DNA from: Hemiscyllium ocellatum
Lineage: Eukaryota
DNA length: 64,000 nt
Assembly: GCF_020745735.1 (NCBI RefSeq)
Contig: NC_083453.1
Span: forward strand, 23,535,802 to 23,599,801
Direction: 5' to 3'
Below the pieces are notes generated by a model, which saw nothing but the letters and a program-made list of their open reading frames with translations, did no database searches and was not told where the DNA came from. Below are positions 23,731-36,469 of this stretch, one piece after another (within the stretch, counting starts at the first letter, position 1; each line of letters begins with the position of its first letter). Position numbers and translations under genes: made by a program.

Positions 23731-26700
23731 TCACAGATAATTTATGAAAAGTGTTTTGTTCATCATTAATACCAAGTGCCACAGCTTTTCAAATACATCA
23801 CAACTAGTCAGCTACAGGAGACAATTCTGGACTGCAAACATTCGCCAATCACAAAATAAAACTTGTGTACTCAGAAGGTCCACCTTAAAAAGACACACAC
23901 TGAGACAATACATAGCTTTATAAAATTAAAAAAAAAAGTACTGAATTGTTTTCTGGAGCAACATTAAAAAAAACACTTCATACAAGTTTGCTTGTTTTAC
24001 TGCAAGATAACAGTTTCTAAAATACTATTTGATTTTCTATGCATATTATCCAATAGACAACAATTCCAATCAGCTGCTGCAGGACGATATTCCAGAGAGG
24101 ATTAACACAGTGGCCAAATTCTGCTTTTCCATCCATCACATTGGAAGTTACTTTAAAGCTCCAAGAAGCTAGGTAAAAGATACCCACCCCTCTTCTCCCC
24201 CAGTGTAACCAAGAATTTAAATTTCTGCTCTGAGCAGAGGTAGGCAATCTCAGACTGGGCAGCAACCGGACAGATTATAGTTGACCTCAGCATCCTCTGG
24301 TTATGGAGGGACAAAACACATCAGGGTACTGCACCTGACTGCTTAAAAAGCAGTGACCATAACTGAAAAATATATTTTTTAAAAATCAAAAAGATAAGCC
24401 TGTCTGGAATGCCCTCAATCAAAAATGTCCCTCGATAAATGTAGAATGTCAATTTGGGACCAAATGGCCACTAGCTCCTTTTTGAGATATGCAGAGAGAC
24501 AGAGAGAATTTTTTTTAAAGAAAAAAAACACATTATTTCCCAACGAGGATATTCTTAGGTATCTTTGTTTAGTCTCAAAGTCAAGGGTGTAAAACTGGAA
24601 ATGGAAATAGCTCCTTTACGATTATACAGAATCCTTGGCACTAAATGAAAGCAGGCTTGGGAACACCGTCATCACTACAATAGCTTTCTGCACATAACTA
24701 GGCGATTTAAAGAAAAATCCTTTCTGACTGCATTTGGATAGATTTTAATCAAGGGCACTCAAAGTCACTTTTGTCACACAATTTCAGGAAAGATATACAG
24801 ATGACTTAAAAAAAAACAGGACCAGACCAGATACTAACTACCTTTCTGCCCACAGCCAACCAGCAAGCTGGAAGTTTCATTTTTCTTAGCAATGTCAAGC
24901 CACCTCAAGATCCAAATGGAAACATCCAAAAAGGGACTGTGTGACACATGTTGCAAATCAATTGGTTTAAAACTTAAAATAAACTTGAGGGGAAGGCCCT
25001 TACTGCACCTTTGCATGTTAAATTACCAGTCGCCTGGGGGAAAAAAAAAGGTCATGATGGATTCCCTGGGTGTGCAGAGGGAGTGTCACAGTCATGTCAC
25101 TTACTGCAAACTTTGGTGCACAAATTTGTATCTTAAGCCCTCCAAAAAAACATTTATGATGCTGGACAAAATATTTGGACTGATTATTAACCAGAAATCA
25201 GACATTAAAATAGCTTTTAGCTTGTTGGAAAACTCTCAGAATCCAGGAGGCCCAAGGTTTAGACACTGAAGTGGATTCCATGGAAAAATAAAAGTGACAC
25301 TTCCTTGGATGGGTGTGATGACATTCCTGAGTCCACTCCCAAGTTGAATAGAAAGAGTATTCCTTCATGTTGTCCAAACACTGAAGGTCCTCTTAATTCA
25401 AAATAAATAGTGTAATTGTTATCCTTCTGAAACAAACCTTAAGCAATATCCCCTAGATTTGAACTCAAAAAATGACACACATTCAAGACCTATGGACTAG
25501 ATTTCCCTACAATTTGAAAGGAGTAGGGAACTGCACAAGGGACTGTGATAAAGACTTGCTGGATCCGAACTCAGCTTTTTTAAAAAAAAAACTGCCCAGG
25601 ACTGAATCAACACCATCGACCCAGTTTCTCGCCCAAACAAAAGTTAAACCGTGTTGCACACTTGCAAGGGGTTTTTGTAAACTTAAAATTTTGAATGCGG
25701 AAGGAGAGAATTCACCTATTTGTGGACAAAATTTAAAAATTCCCAGTCAAACAGCAAGACTGTAATCAAAATAATACATACAGACATGAGTTTTAGTTAG
25801 AATTTATAGGTTAACGGCATTTTCCCTCTCTTCATCAAGTTAGGACTTGAAGCACCACATTCTAAACCTGTTGCCAGTGACAAATCGGTCTGATCATTCT
25901 TGGCTACTTTCGGTCAAATGTAATAATTTGCAGTTGGTTAAAATGTCCAATATTAGGTACAGATACCAAAGTACTGATACCTAGTTCAGTCAGTTCCACT
26001 GAAACAAAGCCAGGTGAATTAAGTGTTTTTTTAAAATATACATGTTATACTTGGGCTTTTTAGGATCCCTTTCATTCATATTTTCTTTTTTTTTTGCAAT
26101 CCTTTACTAGTTCAGCCTTCATTATAGTTTTGTGGCCTGCAAACATGCATTCAACATCCATCCACAGGAGAAAGTAGCCAGGTTACTTTTGAAGTTTACA
26201 TGAAAAGATTCTCTCATACGTACACAGACAGACAGACTGTTTCAAAATCAAGATGGCATCCTGGTTACATCACACAATAAAATACTTACAAGATTTTAAA
26301 AGCAGGTTTAGTTACAGGATCAAAAAAGGCCAATCTTTTTGTTGTTTCCCCACTGGAGGCATCTCACTCCAATTTTGGCCATTCTTGCACAAAACTCTGT
26401 TCAGAGATCATTTGACATCAAGTTTAATAATTCAATTCAAGGCAAATCCAAAAGAAGGTAGGATTTAGGTTAAAGTGATTAATATTAGCACAGGTTCAAA
26501 GTAAAACAAAAAAAAAGGTGAATGCAATTGCAATGCCCTGTAGCAGTTGCAAATTAAATTCATCTCAGCCTGACTGGTCACTTAGTAAACCACACTTCAA
26601 GTGATTATTCATGTTCCACACATTACCCCACATCTCACTTGGGTTTTGTTAAAAAAAACTTTTTTGATCATGCCTGAACATAGACAGATTTTGTTTGCAG

Positions 26701-27324
26701 CAAATCAGAGTTATTTTGATTGCTTTCGTGGATATTAAGCCATATTGTACATACAGGACTAAAATCTATTTGTTTTAAGTTTGTCTGTGAGCTCTGCTCA
26801 AACAGAGCAACCTGAAAAGACTTTCCCTCCAAAATGATCACAGAAACACTTTTGTATTCTACACTCGACCACAGTGTAGCAGCAGCTTCTACAATAGAAA
26901 TATTGTCCATTACTATTCTGTTTGCAACAAGGCAAAGAAACAAACATGTAAATCAGGTATCAGAGCACAACTCAAACCACTATCGGTAAGGTAAAATAGC
27001 GCCACCAATGTTAGTTTTCTCACGTGGCAGCAAGAACTGGAATGGGCATCAGAATTGTCCTTCTTGCCTTTAGTCTTTTAATCTTGAAAGAATAAATAAA
27101 AAACAATGGTTGTGACAAATGTTCTGTGAGCTGCAAGCTCATCCTTTACGCCAGTTCTTGAGCTGCATAAAAGCCGTTGGTCAAATGGTCCATAATGCAA
27201 ATAGATGTGAAGATTCTGTAGAATTCTTTTTCCACTGAAGATATTCTAGTTAGGGCAAGGCCAAGTCTTGCTTTCTTTTCATTATGAACTTCATTCAAAC
27301 AAAAAGGAACACATTGTGTTTGTT

Positions 27325-27679
27325 TTAAAAGATCTCCTCCACACCATGAGCAAAGATCATCACCAAACCAGGCTCCATGATCATGTCCTCTCCCATATGT
27401 TGGTTTTCACACGCCATCACCACCACTGCCTGCTTCCCTGGTATTCGTTTAGCTACATAGTTCTCGTAGTACCTGCGGTTCATTTGACGAGTCTCTAAAG
27501 TGGCCAGGCCCTGAGGCCAGTTCCTCTCATGTGCGTTTTCGATGAGATCATTGACTATGGACATTGGGCACCCGCTGTCTATGAGAGACCGCTTAATGAC
27601 TGCTTGCAGAACTGCATCAGGGGTGGAGATCATGCCACCCCAGCGGGTTACTCTAGCAGGTTGCAATGAATTGACCCAC
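27325..27679 (-). CDS. RNF41: RNF41 (Nrdp1 E3 ligase) last coding exon, 355 nt
   Basis: WVNSLQPARVTRWGGMISTPD..GLVMIFAHGVEEIF*; acceptor tattgtag at 27680. Confidence 0.98.
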
Positions 27680-28164
27680 CTACAATACAGAAGATACCAT
27701 TCAGGTAATGTGTGCATTTTATTTAACAAAATAAACAAAATCCCTGTCAACTAAGCCCTACAAATTCAGATGAATAGAGCACACAGTTTCTTTTTTCCTT
27801 GCAACTTCACATCCTCATCCAGAAAGAGGGGTTGCAATAACAGGTTGCACATGACTGCTTCCTGACCCATCTGGGGCTCAGCACAGGGTGGGGAGTGGGG
27901 AAGGAGGGGCCAATATGACCAGCACCCGGTCACAGATAGGGTATTGCACGGAGACCACATTCTGCCTCAGCTCAGAGGGCTGCGCAATAGGATGTTGCCA
28001 ACACTACAAAAATCTTCATCTTTTCCCTGCATGCAACTTGGTTCACATTTAAAATTTAGATTTTTTTTTAAAAAAAACTTTGCAGCCAAATGGACGGGGA
28101 AGATTAAAAAGGAGAGAGAAAAAGAAAGCTTTGTTTTCATATGGTGCCTTTCACAACCTCAGGA

Positions 28165-28470
28165 AGTCCTGAAGTACTTTACATTCAAATGAGGTACTTT
28201 TAAAGAGCTCAGTAGCTATTGTAACATAGGAAATGTCGCAGCCAATTTGCGCACAGCAAGGTCCCACAAAACAGCAATGCAATAAAGGCCAAATACCCCA
28301 TTTACCTTCAAGTAAAAGCTGAAGTGATGTCGAGGTGAATACTGGCTAGAACAGTGGGAAAACGTGCTCTACAACAAAGTGTGCCCGTGGGACTGGTTAT
28401 GTCCACTTAAGGGTGCAGATGGGTTCTCAGTTTAACGTTAAATATCTCATCCAAAAGGCAGTATCTTTGA
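28165..28470 (-). mobile_element. Deu-domain (SacSINE1-like) SINE; more copies at ~29180-29520, 29530-29820, 52005-52160
   Basis: Shared GCAGCCAATTTGCGCACAGCAAG core and TTTATATAGCGC(C/A)TTT-type tail. Confidence 0.65.
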
Positions 28471-28924
28471 TGCATACACTTTATATTCCAGACTATAGGG
28501 TGGTAATCTATTTCCAAATCACTGCAAATAAATGCATGAGTGCAGCTCTGCCCCCACAGCTCTTTCTCCCTTCCCACCCTGTTACTGCAGCATGAAAGGT
28601 ACAGTGGAAACTCTAGAATACATGCACCATTTAATACTTTTAAGCTTTTTCTTATTGGTTTCCCTTTATTCCTCTAGACAAGTTCCTGGGATAGGCCATT
28701 TTAGTCTTGGTCACCATTATATTAAGTGACACATTAGAAAAACAAATGGTTCCTCCCCACCATCCTCTCAGCCCTCAAGATGATTGAACAAAAAAAAAGT
28801 GTTTTGTCATTTATACAACTATTGCAGTTAGCTCCGGAACTAACTTAATGGACACAAGCATTGTAAAATGGTTGGAAAGGAAGTTTCCAAAAATGATCAA
28901 CCGGTCAACATTACAAAGACGGTT

Positions 28925-29129
28925 AGATCAGAGTGGTGCTGGAAAAGCACAGCAGGTCAGGCAACATCCGAGGAGCAGGAAAGTCGACATTTCGGCCAAA
29001 AGCCCTTCATCAGGAATGCCCAAAACATCAATTCTCCTGCTCCTCGGATGCTGCCTGACCTGCTGTGCTTTCCTAGCACCACTCTAATCTAGACTCTGAT
29101 CTCCAGCAGCTGCAGTCCTCACTTTCGCC
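28925..29129. mobile_element. Fold-back hammerhead-bearing Penelope-derived cassette with 16-bp TSD
   Basis: CATTACAAAGACGGTT (28909-28924) vs CATTATAAAGACGGTT (29130-29145); ~80-bp inverted arms; minus core CTGATGA..GAAATGTC. Confidence 0.85.
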
Positions 29130-30241
29130 CATTATAAAGACGGTTGCTAAATTAAGATATTAACGGATTTCAAAGACTTAGGACTTCCCAAAGTGCTTTA
29201 TAGCCAATGAAATGCTTTTTTTGGAAGTCTGATTACTGTTGAAAACATTGCAGCCTCTTTTGTTTTTGCGCACAGCAGGCTCCTGCGAACAGCACTGTGA
29301 TAATGCCCAGTTAGTTTGTTCATACACGGTGCTGGCTGAAGGGATAAACATTGACGCCAGGGAGAATACCTCACTTCAAATACTGCTCTTTTAATACCCA
29401 CCCAAGATGGCAAACAGGGTCCTGATTTAACATTTCGTCTGAAAGATGGCACTTCCAACAATGCCACACTCCCTCAGTACTGCACCAGGTGTGTTGACCT
29501 AGATTTTATGCTAAAGCCTTGCAAACTGAAAAGAAAATGCATTTATATAGCGCATTTTGTGACCTCAGGGCATCCCAAAGCACTGTACAGCCAATGAAGT
29601 ATTTTGAAGCACGATCACTGGTGTAATATGGGAAATGCAGCTGCCAATTTGCGCACAAACATGATAATGATCGGATAACCCCTTTTGTGTTGTTGACTAA
29701 GGGATAAATATTGGCCAGGGCACTGGGGCAATCTCTCCCTCTCTTCTTCAAAGTAGTACTCTGGGATCTTGTGTGTCCACTTGAGCAGATGGATGGGGCC
29801 TCAGTACTGCACAAGAGTGTCATCCTCAATCATATACTACTGAGCCACAGCCAACACCAAAGATGTTACTGGGATATTTAGTGATTGCTTTATACAGGAT
29901 TATAATTATGCAAAGGCAGACGATATTGAAATTGAATTTAAAGAATGGATACAAGTCTAAATAGATCCTGCTTAAGTATCTTAATTTAGCTCAAATACCT
30001 CCATTTAAATGCTCTATATTCTGAACTCCTGCAGAAATAGGTCACAGATACAGAACAAGTATATTTAGGAAGTTAACTGGAAGACTGTTAGCAGCTTACA
30101 AAGCATGGACTGCTTATAATTCTCTAACATCTTAAAGTGGCTGGCTACAAAACAGCCAAGGTCTGGAAAGAAGCCAATGGTTTCCCTACTTAGTCACAGA
30201 ACGGCAAAGGCAAAAGGACAAGAAACTGAACAGAAACATAC

Positions 30242-30345
30242 TCTAGGATCTCATTGTACTCAATGGTTTCCTCCAAGTTCTGTAGATTTGGGTTTGCACT
30301 GCGGATAGCCCTCATGTACGCTTTCAAAAGTTGAATGTCTCGTTT
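30242..30345 (-). CDS. RNF41: RNF41 coding exon 4 (104 nt)
   Basis: KRDIQLLKAYMRAIRSANPNLQNLEETIEYNEIL(E); ttgcag acceptor, gtatgt donor. Confidence 0.97.
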
Positions 30346-30538
30346 CTGCAAAGTAAGGAAAACACATACACACAGAGTTGATCAATGATCGTCAATAGTC
30401 TGCCTTTAATCAGATGCTGACGGAGTTGCTGAGTATTGCTAGCTTGTTATTTTAAAGTTTTCTTTCAAGGACATATTGTCACCAAGGAAAATGCCCAAAA
30501 ACATCAAGATACAGTTTGTCTACGGTCAGAAGCAAGTA

Positions 30539-30756
30539 CGGGTCATTCTGCTATAACACGCGTTTCGTCAAAGCGAATTGGCTGCAATGCAACTGACAAA
30601 TAAGGGACGTGGCTTCTGAAGTGCAAACTTTTAAAATGTGTGTTGGTTGTAACATGGATTGCATCACCAAAACTAAATACTAATTTTATTGCACAATTTT
30701 TATACAACACGGGTTCACACAAGAATGGAACCGTCACATTATAGAAGAACTACCTG
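30539..30756. mobile_element. Tc1/mariner-pogo-type MITE (218 bp)
   Basis: TA flanks at 30537-38 and 30757-58; imperfect TIRs CGGGTCATTCTGCTATAAC / CAGGTAGTTCTTCTATAAT. Confidence 0.6.
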
Positions 30757-32297
30757 TAGACAAAATATTCCAAATACGCCTACACCTTTGTCAATGCTAT
30801 GAGACACTTCCCACTTACTTCATCTAACCCACCCCATCAATTTTTCTCTATTTTTATCTCTTTTTATTGGGTTGCAGATGTCAGCAGACCACTAGCATTT
30901 TGTCCCAAGGGCTTTATTTATCTGCAAGAAAGAAGTGACTGCCCATCAAATCGATGCCCATGCACTTGTTTAGTCAAGCTACAGTCAGTGATAGCAATAG
31001 ATATCCTTCACTCTCTCAGTGTCAAGGCAAACTATTAAAAACTATAGAGCCAAAACCTTCCAAGCCTTGATAACTTAGTACAAGGTAGTGCGGTTCTACC
31101 CTTCAGAAAGACAATCTTCTTTGCCTGTTTAACAAAGCAGCAGCTCCTAAAGTCTTCAAGATCTCAGACAATTAACCACATACAGTGCCTACAGGTTATA
31201 AAGAGAGCAAATGTGCAAGTGAGGAAGCCAGCGGAGCAAGACAGCACAAGAATGGTGGTTTCTAATAAACAGTTCTCATTGAAAAGTGGAAACATTGCGT
31301 ATCCATAAGAAAAATGGATAAATGAAAACAGATTGCAAGATCCTTTTCATTTGGAGGAGAGTTACTGAAATTTCACTTGTAATAATGCAATTTAGTTTGT
31401 GCGCATTGTCAATCGTTCCCTCACAAACAAGGCACTGCATAAAAGACTCACATAGGAGCATGCCACATGCTGCAAAGCATACATTGCTTTTAATGCTCCA
31501 CTCTGCAAACTTTACAGCTCCCTCAGTCACAAAGAAACCATATGAAAGAAAAATCAAGCTGACTATAAACCCATTTGAGCAGGTTTCTTTGATAATTCCC
31601 AATGACTCCTCCTTAGAAGGAGCTTGCTCGGATTTGCTCGAGAGTTGGATTGCGCCCCGAGTGGTTTTGCTCTACAGCTTTAAACACGGCACTTCATATC
31701 AATGGCCTCACACAAATGTCACAGTGCAGTGGAAATGCAACTTTGACTCCTCAAAGCCAGAACTCACCTCTGTGTGATTAAGTGCAGGAAAGAGTTATGA
31801 GCCCCACAGAGCTAAAGGCTAGCACTTGGCCATCTTAACTCTGACATACCCAAAGTACATGTCCTTCACCAAACAACCCAAATACCTCACAGCACATTTT
31901 GGAATGATTGTGTTTAAAACATATTTTCAAAAATAAAAAAATATTTCATCATACAATATCATAAGTGAGTAAGTACAGCTGTTCCTGCCAAAAAAAAAAG
32001 CACTTAATACTCATCACTACTAACTCTGAAATAGACCTTAACCATATATCATGAGACATTTGGTGAGTTTTGGCCAATACAAAATGCCCATTTTAGAGGC
32101 AGACCTTTTAAGTGGTGAGGTCTACTCTTTCTAAAAAAAAAAAATTCCTTTTTGCTTCTCCAGGAGCACAGTAGAAGGGCATTTACATGATCAATAATAA
32201 TGATATTAGCTAGTTCACATGGAAAGTCAGAACCTTGACAGCACCCAGGTTAAATATTTCAGTAGTATTGCTAGGCCATGTGCCAGCAAGTACCCAC

Positions 32298-32433
32298 CTG
32301 CTCTGCCAGCTGATGTTTATGCTCTGCTGAAGCTTTCTCCAGTTCTGCAATCTTCCCCTGTTGTTGAAGTACCACTGTGCGAAGGTGTTTGGTACAGTTG
32401 TGGTTTGGTAGTTCATCTTTGGGCATTTCTAAT
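32298..32433 (-). CDS. RNF41: RNF41 coding exon 3 (136 nt)
   Basis: LEMPKDELPNHNCTKHLRTVVLQQQGKIAELEKASAEHKHQLAEQ; ttttcag acceptor, CAG|gtgggt donor. Confidence 0.97.
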
Positions 32434-33129
32434 CTGAAAAAGGGAAGACGACCAAGGTAAAATAACAGAACAGCAGAACCAATTACTATAGTTTCCCTAA
32501 AAACAAATCTTGTTAATTTTAATCAGCTAAGCAACAACAAATATGACAGTTAAAATAGCTCAATCTTTTGAGGATGCGTCCAAGAATCCTCCTTTTCACT
32601 CTGGAAAGGACTCGGCACCACGCTGCTGAATGAAGGGTGCGAGAGAACAGCACAGGTTCACTCAAGTCACAGATTCGCATCTCCTTGAATGGCCAGCTTG
32701 TTACTGACAGACACTCTCACTAGGCAGCACGGGTATGATCAGCACATCACTTGTGGAGAAGGGCAAATAAAAGGAGGGCAGGAAATGGGTAGGTCTTCCA
32801 TGACAACAGACTCGAAATGGATTACAACATTAAGAAAACATCCAGAAGTCAGTTTATATTCGCCATACTTTCTCTTTATCTTATTTGTGCCTCCTGTACC
32901 ATGAATCATTCGGAAGCCATGAGGGCCAAATGAGGGCAGAGAAATTGATCCTTCATGGCTGGGTGGGTTGTGAATGGGAGAAGAGGCAATGTTTTCTGCT
33001 TCCAACTACAATGAAATGATCCTTGGGAGGAAAGAATAAGCAGAGCTGGACATCAAACAGCTTCAGGATAGGACATGGTTATGATGCTGGTCGATAATCA
33101 TGGTCTTCCAGGCTCAATGAAGAGTAGCC

Positions 33130-33257
33130 ATTTAGATTAGATTCCCTACAATGTGGAAACAGGCCCTTCGGCCCAACAAGTCCACACCGACCCTCTGAAG
33201 AGTAACCCACCCAGACCCATTCCCCTCTGACTAAAGCACCTAACACTGAGCAATTTA
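33130..33257 (-). mobile_element. HE1-type SINE 3' half
   Basis: TTAGATTAGATTCCCTACAATGTGGAAACAGGCCCTTCGG matches the other SINE tails. Confidence 0.75.
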
Positions 33258-33645
33258 AGAACAGTATCAAAAAAGTGTACAGCCACCCAAAGAGCTAACA
33301 CTAGAAGACTAACGAAAGCAAAGTCAAATCACAACAAAGAAAAAGATAAACAATAGACAACTTTTCTTAACTCCCTGACAGCTGGTTTACCAGTACCCTA
33401 TCCAGGTGACCGTTCATCATACATAAGCCAGATTATCGAAATCTCTAAGCCCGCCCTCAAACAGCCTTTTACCAAGATGACTGGAAGCACCTCACCACTG
33501 GGTTTGGGGAAGATAGATAAACTCAACACAAACCAGCAATTGGAGCTGGTCCCTTCCTTTGGCTCAGTAAGAACTATGTTCTACATTTGTTCACCTAAAA
33601 TACAGGTGCATGTACAGTTCTGAAAGCTCGTTGTAAGAAACTCAC

Positions 33646-33917
33646 CCACATCCCTGCTCACAGGTCACGGGTCGCTTCGGATTGTGCTCGCAATCATTGA
33701 GGTGAGAGGTCAACTGATCAAGCCGCACCACAGCTGTGCAGCCATAGCTGGCATTGTCGCAGGTGATCTGCAGTTTGGACAGCATGTTCCGCATGATGCG
33801 GGGAACGGGTCGAAGGTGGGCTAGAGTAACAACACTGCGATCCACCGGGCAGGTCTGCTGCTGGGAGAACCACTGGGTGATGCAGGCATTACAGAAAGCA
33901 TGCTCACAGTGTGGTGC
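33646..33917 (-). CDS. RNF41: RNF41 coding exon 2 (272 nt; RING second half and zinc finger)
   Basis: APHCEHAFCNACITQWFSQQQTCPVDR..CEHNPKRPVTCEQGC(G); ctcctag acceptor, gtgagt donor. Confidence 0.98.
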
Positions 33918-36379
33918 CTAGGAGAGAACAGAGGAGACAGCAAATGAACCAACGAGAGAGAGAGCGCGAGCGAGAACAAATAAAGAAAACTGCACCAGTC
34001 ATCTGGGAATCCAATTTGTGGTGACCCCATTTAAGCACGCTCAGGCTCTATTCAATAAAATCAGATCTGCTTCCACAAGCATGCATGGCTATAAATCAAC
34101 ATGATGTGATCAAGTAATGCATAGATCACCAAGATCAGATTGTATAAACAACGCTGGATACATTGCCACCTACACAAATTTCTCCCCCAAGTATGGAGAT
34201 GAACACTGGCCAGAGGTGAATTTCCTTTAATCAAATTCAAGGTTGAAAAGCATTCTGCGGCATTGTCAAGGAGCCAATTTTTATGATGCAGTCAGTATCA
34301 AAGTACCATTTTGAGCTCGTCAGTTTCTCCCGTAATCTTTTTAAAAGGTGCCCCATCAAATCTATCACGCATCGTTTCATTGGAATTAAATTCATAAACT
34401 AGCAGAAAATCTGTAATATACTCATTGAAAATTACATTTTACAGGACTGCATAGTGGGGTGGGGGAAAGGTGGGGGGGGGGGGGGGGGGGGGGGAAGGGA
34501 TCACAGGAGATGACTAAGAACTTTAGGAGAGGAGGTCCACCACTCTCATCTTCATGCAGGTTTCAGACCAGCAGTTATCCAGTTGCGATGATAGGATTAA
34601 CCCTCTCTCAACCAGCTTAAAAACTTACCTATGCCTCTTAAAACACAAACTCTTTGCCTCCCCTTCTTAGTTCAAATCCGTATCCCAAGACAAGAGATGC
34701 AAACCACGAAACAGGTTCTCATGCGGGAACATAATAAAACTTCCTCATTGCACACAAAGGCTTGTTTTTCCACATTTCCCCTTCAGTCTGTCACACAGCC
34801 AGCTCCAACATGTTTACACGAATTTTGTGTTCTCACAACTGTACTTGGAACTAGTGCTCTTTTCATACAGGCCGGTTTTAGAAATTTAGCATTTTAGAGT
34901 TCTTTATTCCTATCTGGTTGCCATTCTCGGAAACAAAATAACATGGTTATTAATCGGTCACTGCACTAGAAATTCCTGCCGTTAATTCTTCTTTCTCCTC
35001 TCTGATGCCAGTGCATGCAACTCAAGGAGTGTCAACACATTCAAAGCCATTACAAACTGCCAAAGATCCAAACGAGCTTGTTGCATGCAACAAAAATCAA
35101 ATCCAACGTAGTGCCTATTCATACAGTGGGACAAGATACAGGGGCTTATTCTGAAACACTGCCTTCAGGGAAAGTCCATTATGTATTGCTCCTCTCTGCT
35201 TTTGCAATACTAGCTCCCTCCCCCAAATAATTTAAGTATATAAATCACCCAGTTAGCCAATAGGAGATGCACACTTACCACACTCCCCCAAAATCACTGG
35301 AAAGCAGGATAGGAAATAAGCAGATGAGAGAAATTGCTTTCTTACAAATAAACAAAGTTGGATTGAAATCATAACACAAGGAATAGCAGGAGTAGGCAAC
35401 CAAGCTCAAGGGAGTACCAGCAAGCAGTTTCATTGCACAGCTAATCCCAGCTATAGTCTCACATAACAAAGATGCACTTTCAGAGGTGAAGAGGGGGAAG
35501 GAGAGCAGGAACTCTGATCTATTTCCCCCTTTCTACCTAAGGAGTAGATACAAAATGAAGGATCTCTGCTATTGCCCAAGAACAGGGGAGGTTGTTGGTC
35601 CATATGGCTCATTCACCCACTTAATAAGCAACTCAACGAGCCTTATGCCTGGAATGCATCATGGCTGTCACTGTATTCAGTCAGCATTTGTATGTACAAT
35701 GTCCTCCAGAACTGGTTTTGGTTGCCATAGAGAAGCTGTCCTACCTACAGTCCAGTTCTATCTATGTGCTTACAAAGTTAAACTCTCTTTTCTCTTCTCA
35801 GATGCTGACCAAACTAAATGTGCATTTTGAGCAACAGCAATTTCTCCCTTTCCCTCAGGTCTCTTGCATGTTCAAGTCTTGGAACTGGACAGCCACTTGA
35901 TTCACAGAATCATGACTGCCGTTTAACACTCAAAAGACTCTGCAATGTATGAAGCATTCGGTTAATCTCTTGACCTTGCAGCTTTCTGGTGCAGTACAGC
36001 TGCAGTCATTCCAACCCTGCATCAACAGATCAGTCACCCAAGGAGGTCTGATGGACAGGATTTCTTGTTCTCAGCCCAAACTCCCATCAAGACCTTTTGC
36101 CCTGAACCCAATGTCAAACTCACGAAGAAATACAAGAAGCATTCATATAACATGGTGAGGTGAGCCAGCATGATCCAAATATTGTGATTCAGAGAGTGGT
36201 CCTCGAAAAACCTGGTGTTATTTTCTCCCTTTAAAACAAAGGCACTTGCACAATGAGGCACAGTTGCCCGTTCCAAGAGTTGCAAGTTAAGATACTTTGG
36301 AGCTTTGAACACCAAGACCATTTGGGATCCCTCTGCACAACCCGACTCCACCACCCTAAATTAACATTAGCTTACTCAC

Positions 36380-36469
36380 TTGTACAGGTTCTTCCAAAAC
36401 CCAACTACAAATCGGGCAAATCAAATCTTCATCCACCTCGCCCTGAAACCGATTGACGTCGTACCCCAT
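36380..36469 (-). CDS. RNF41: RNF41 first coding exon (90 nt CDS; exon starts at 36501 or 36498)
   Basis: GCCATGG Kozak; MGYDVNRFQGEVDEDLICPICSWVLEEPVQ; CAA|gtgagt donor; exon sum 90+272+136+104+355=957 nt = 318 aa plus stop. Confidence 0.97.

Noticed and set aside
31276-31777. Overlapping 108-aa and 151-aa ORFs in an RNF41 intron (also 36953-37426)
   Set aside because: No recognisable domain or splice support; consistent with chance ORFs.
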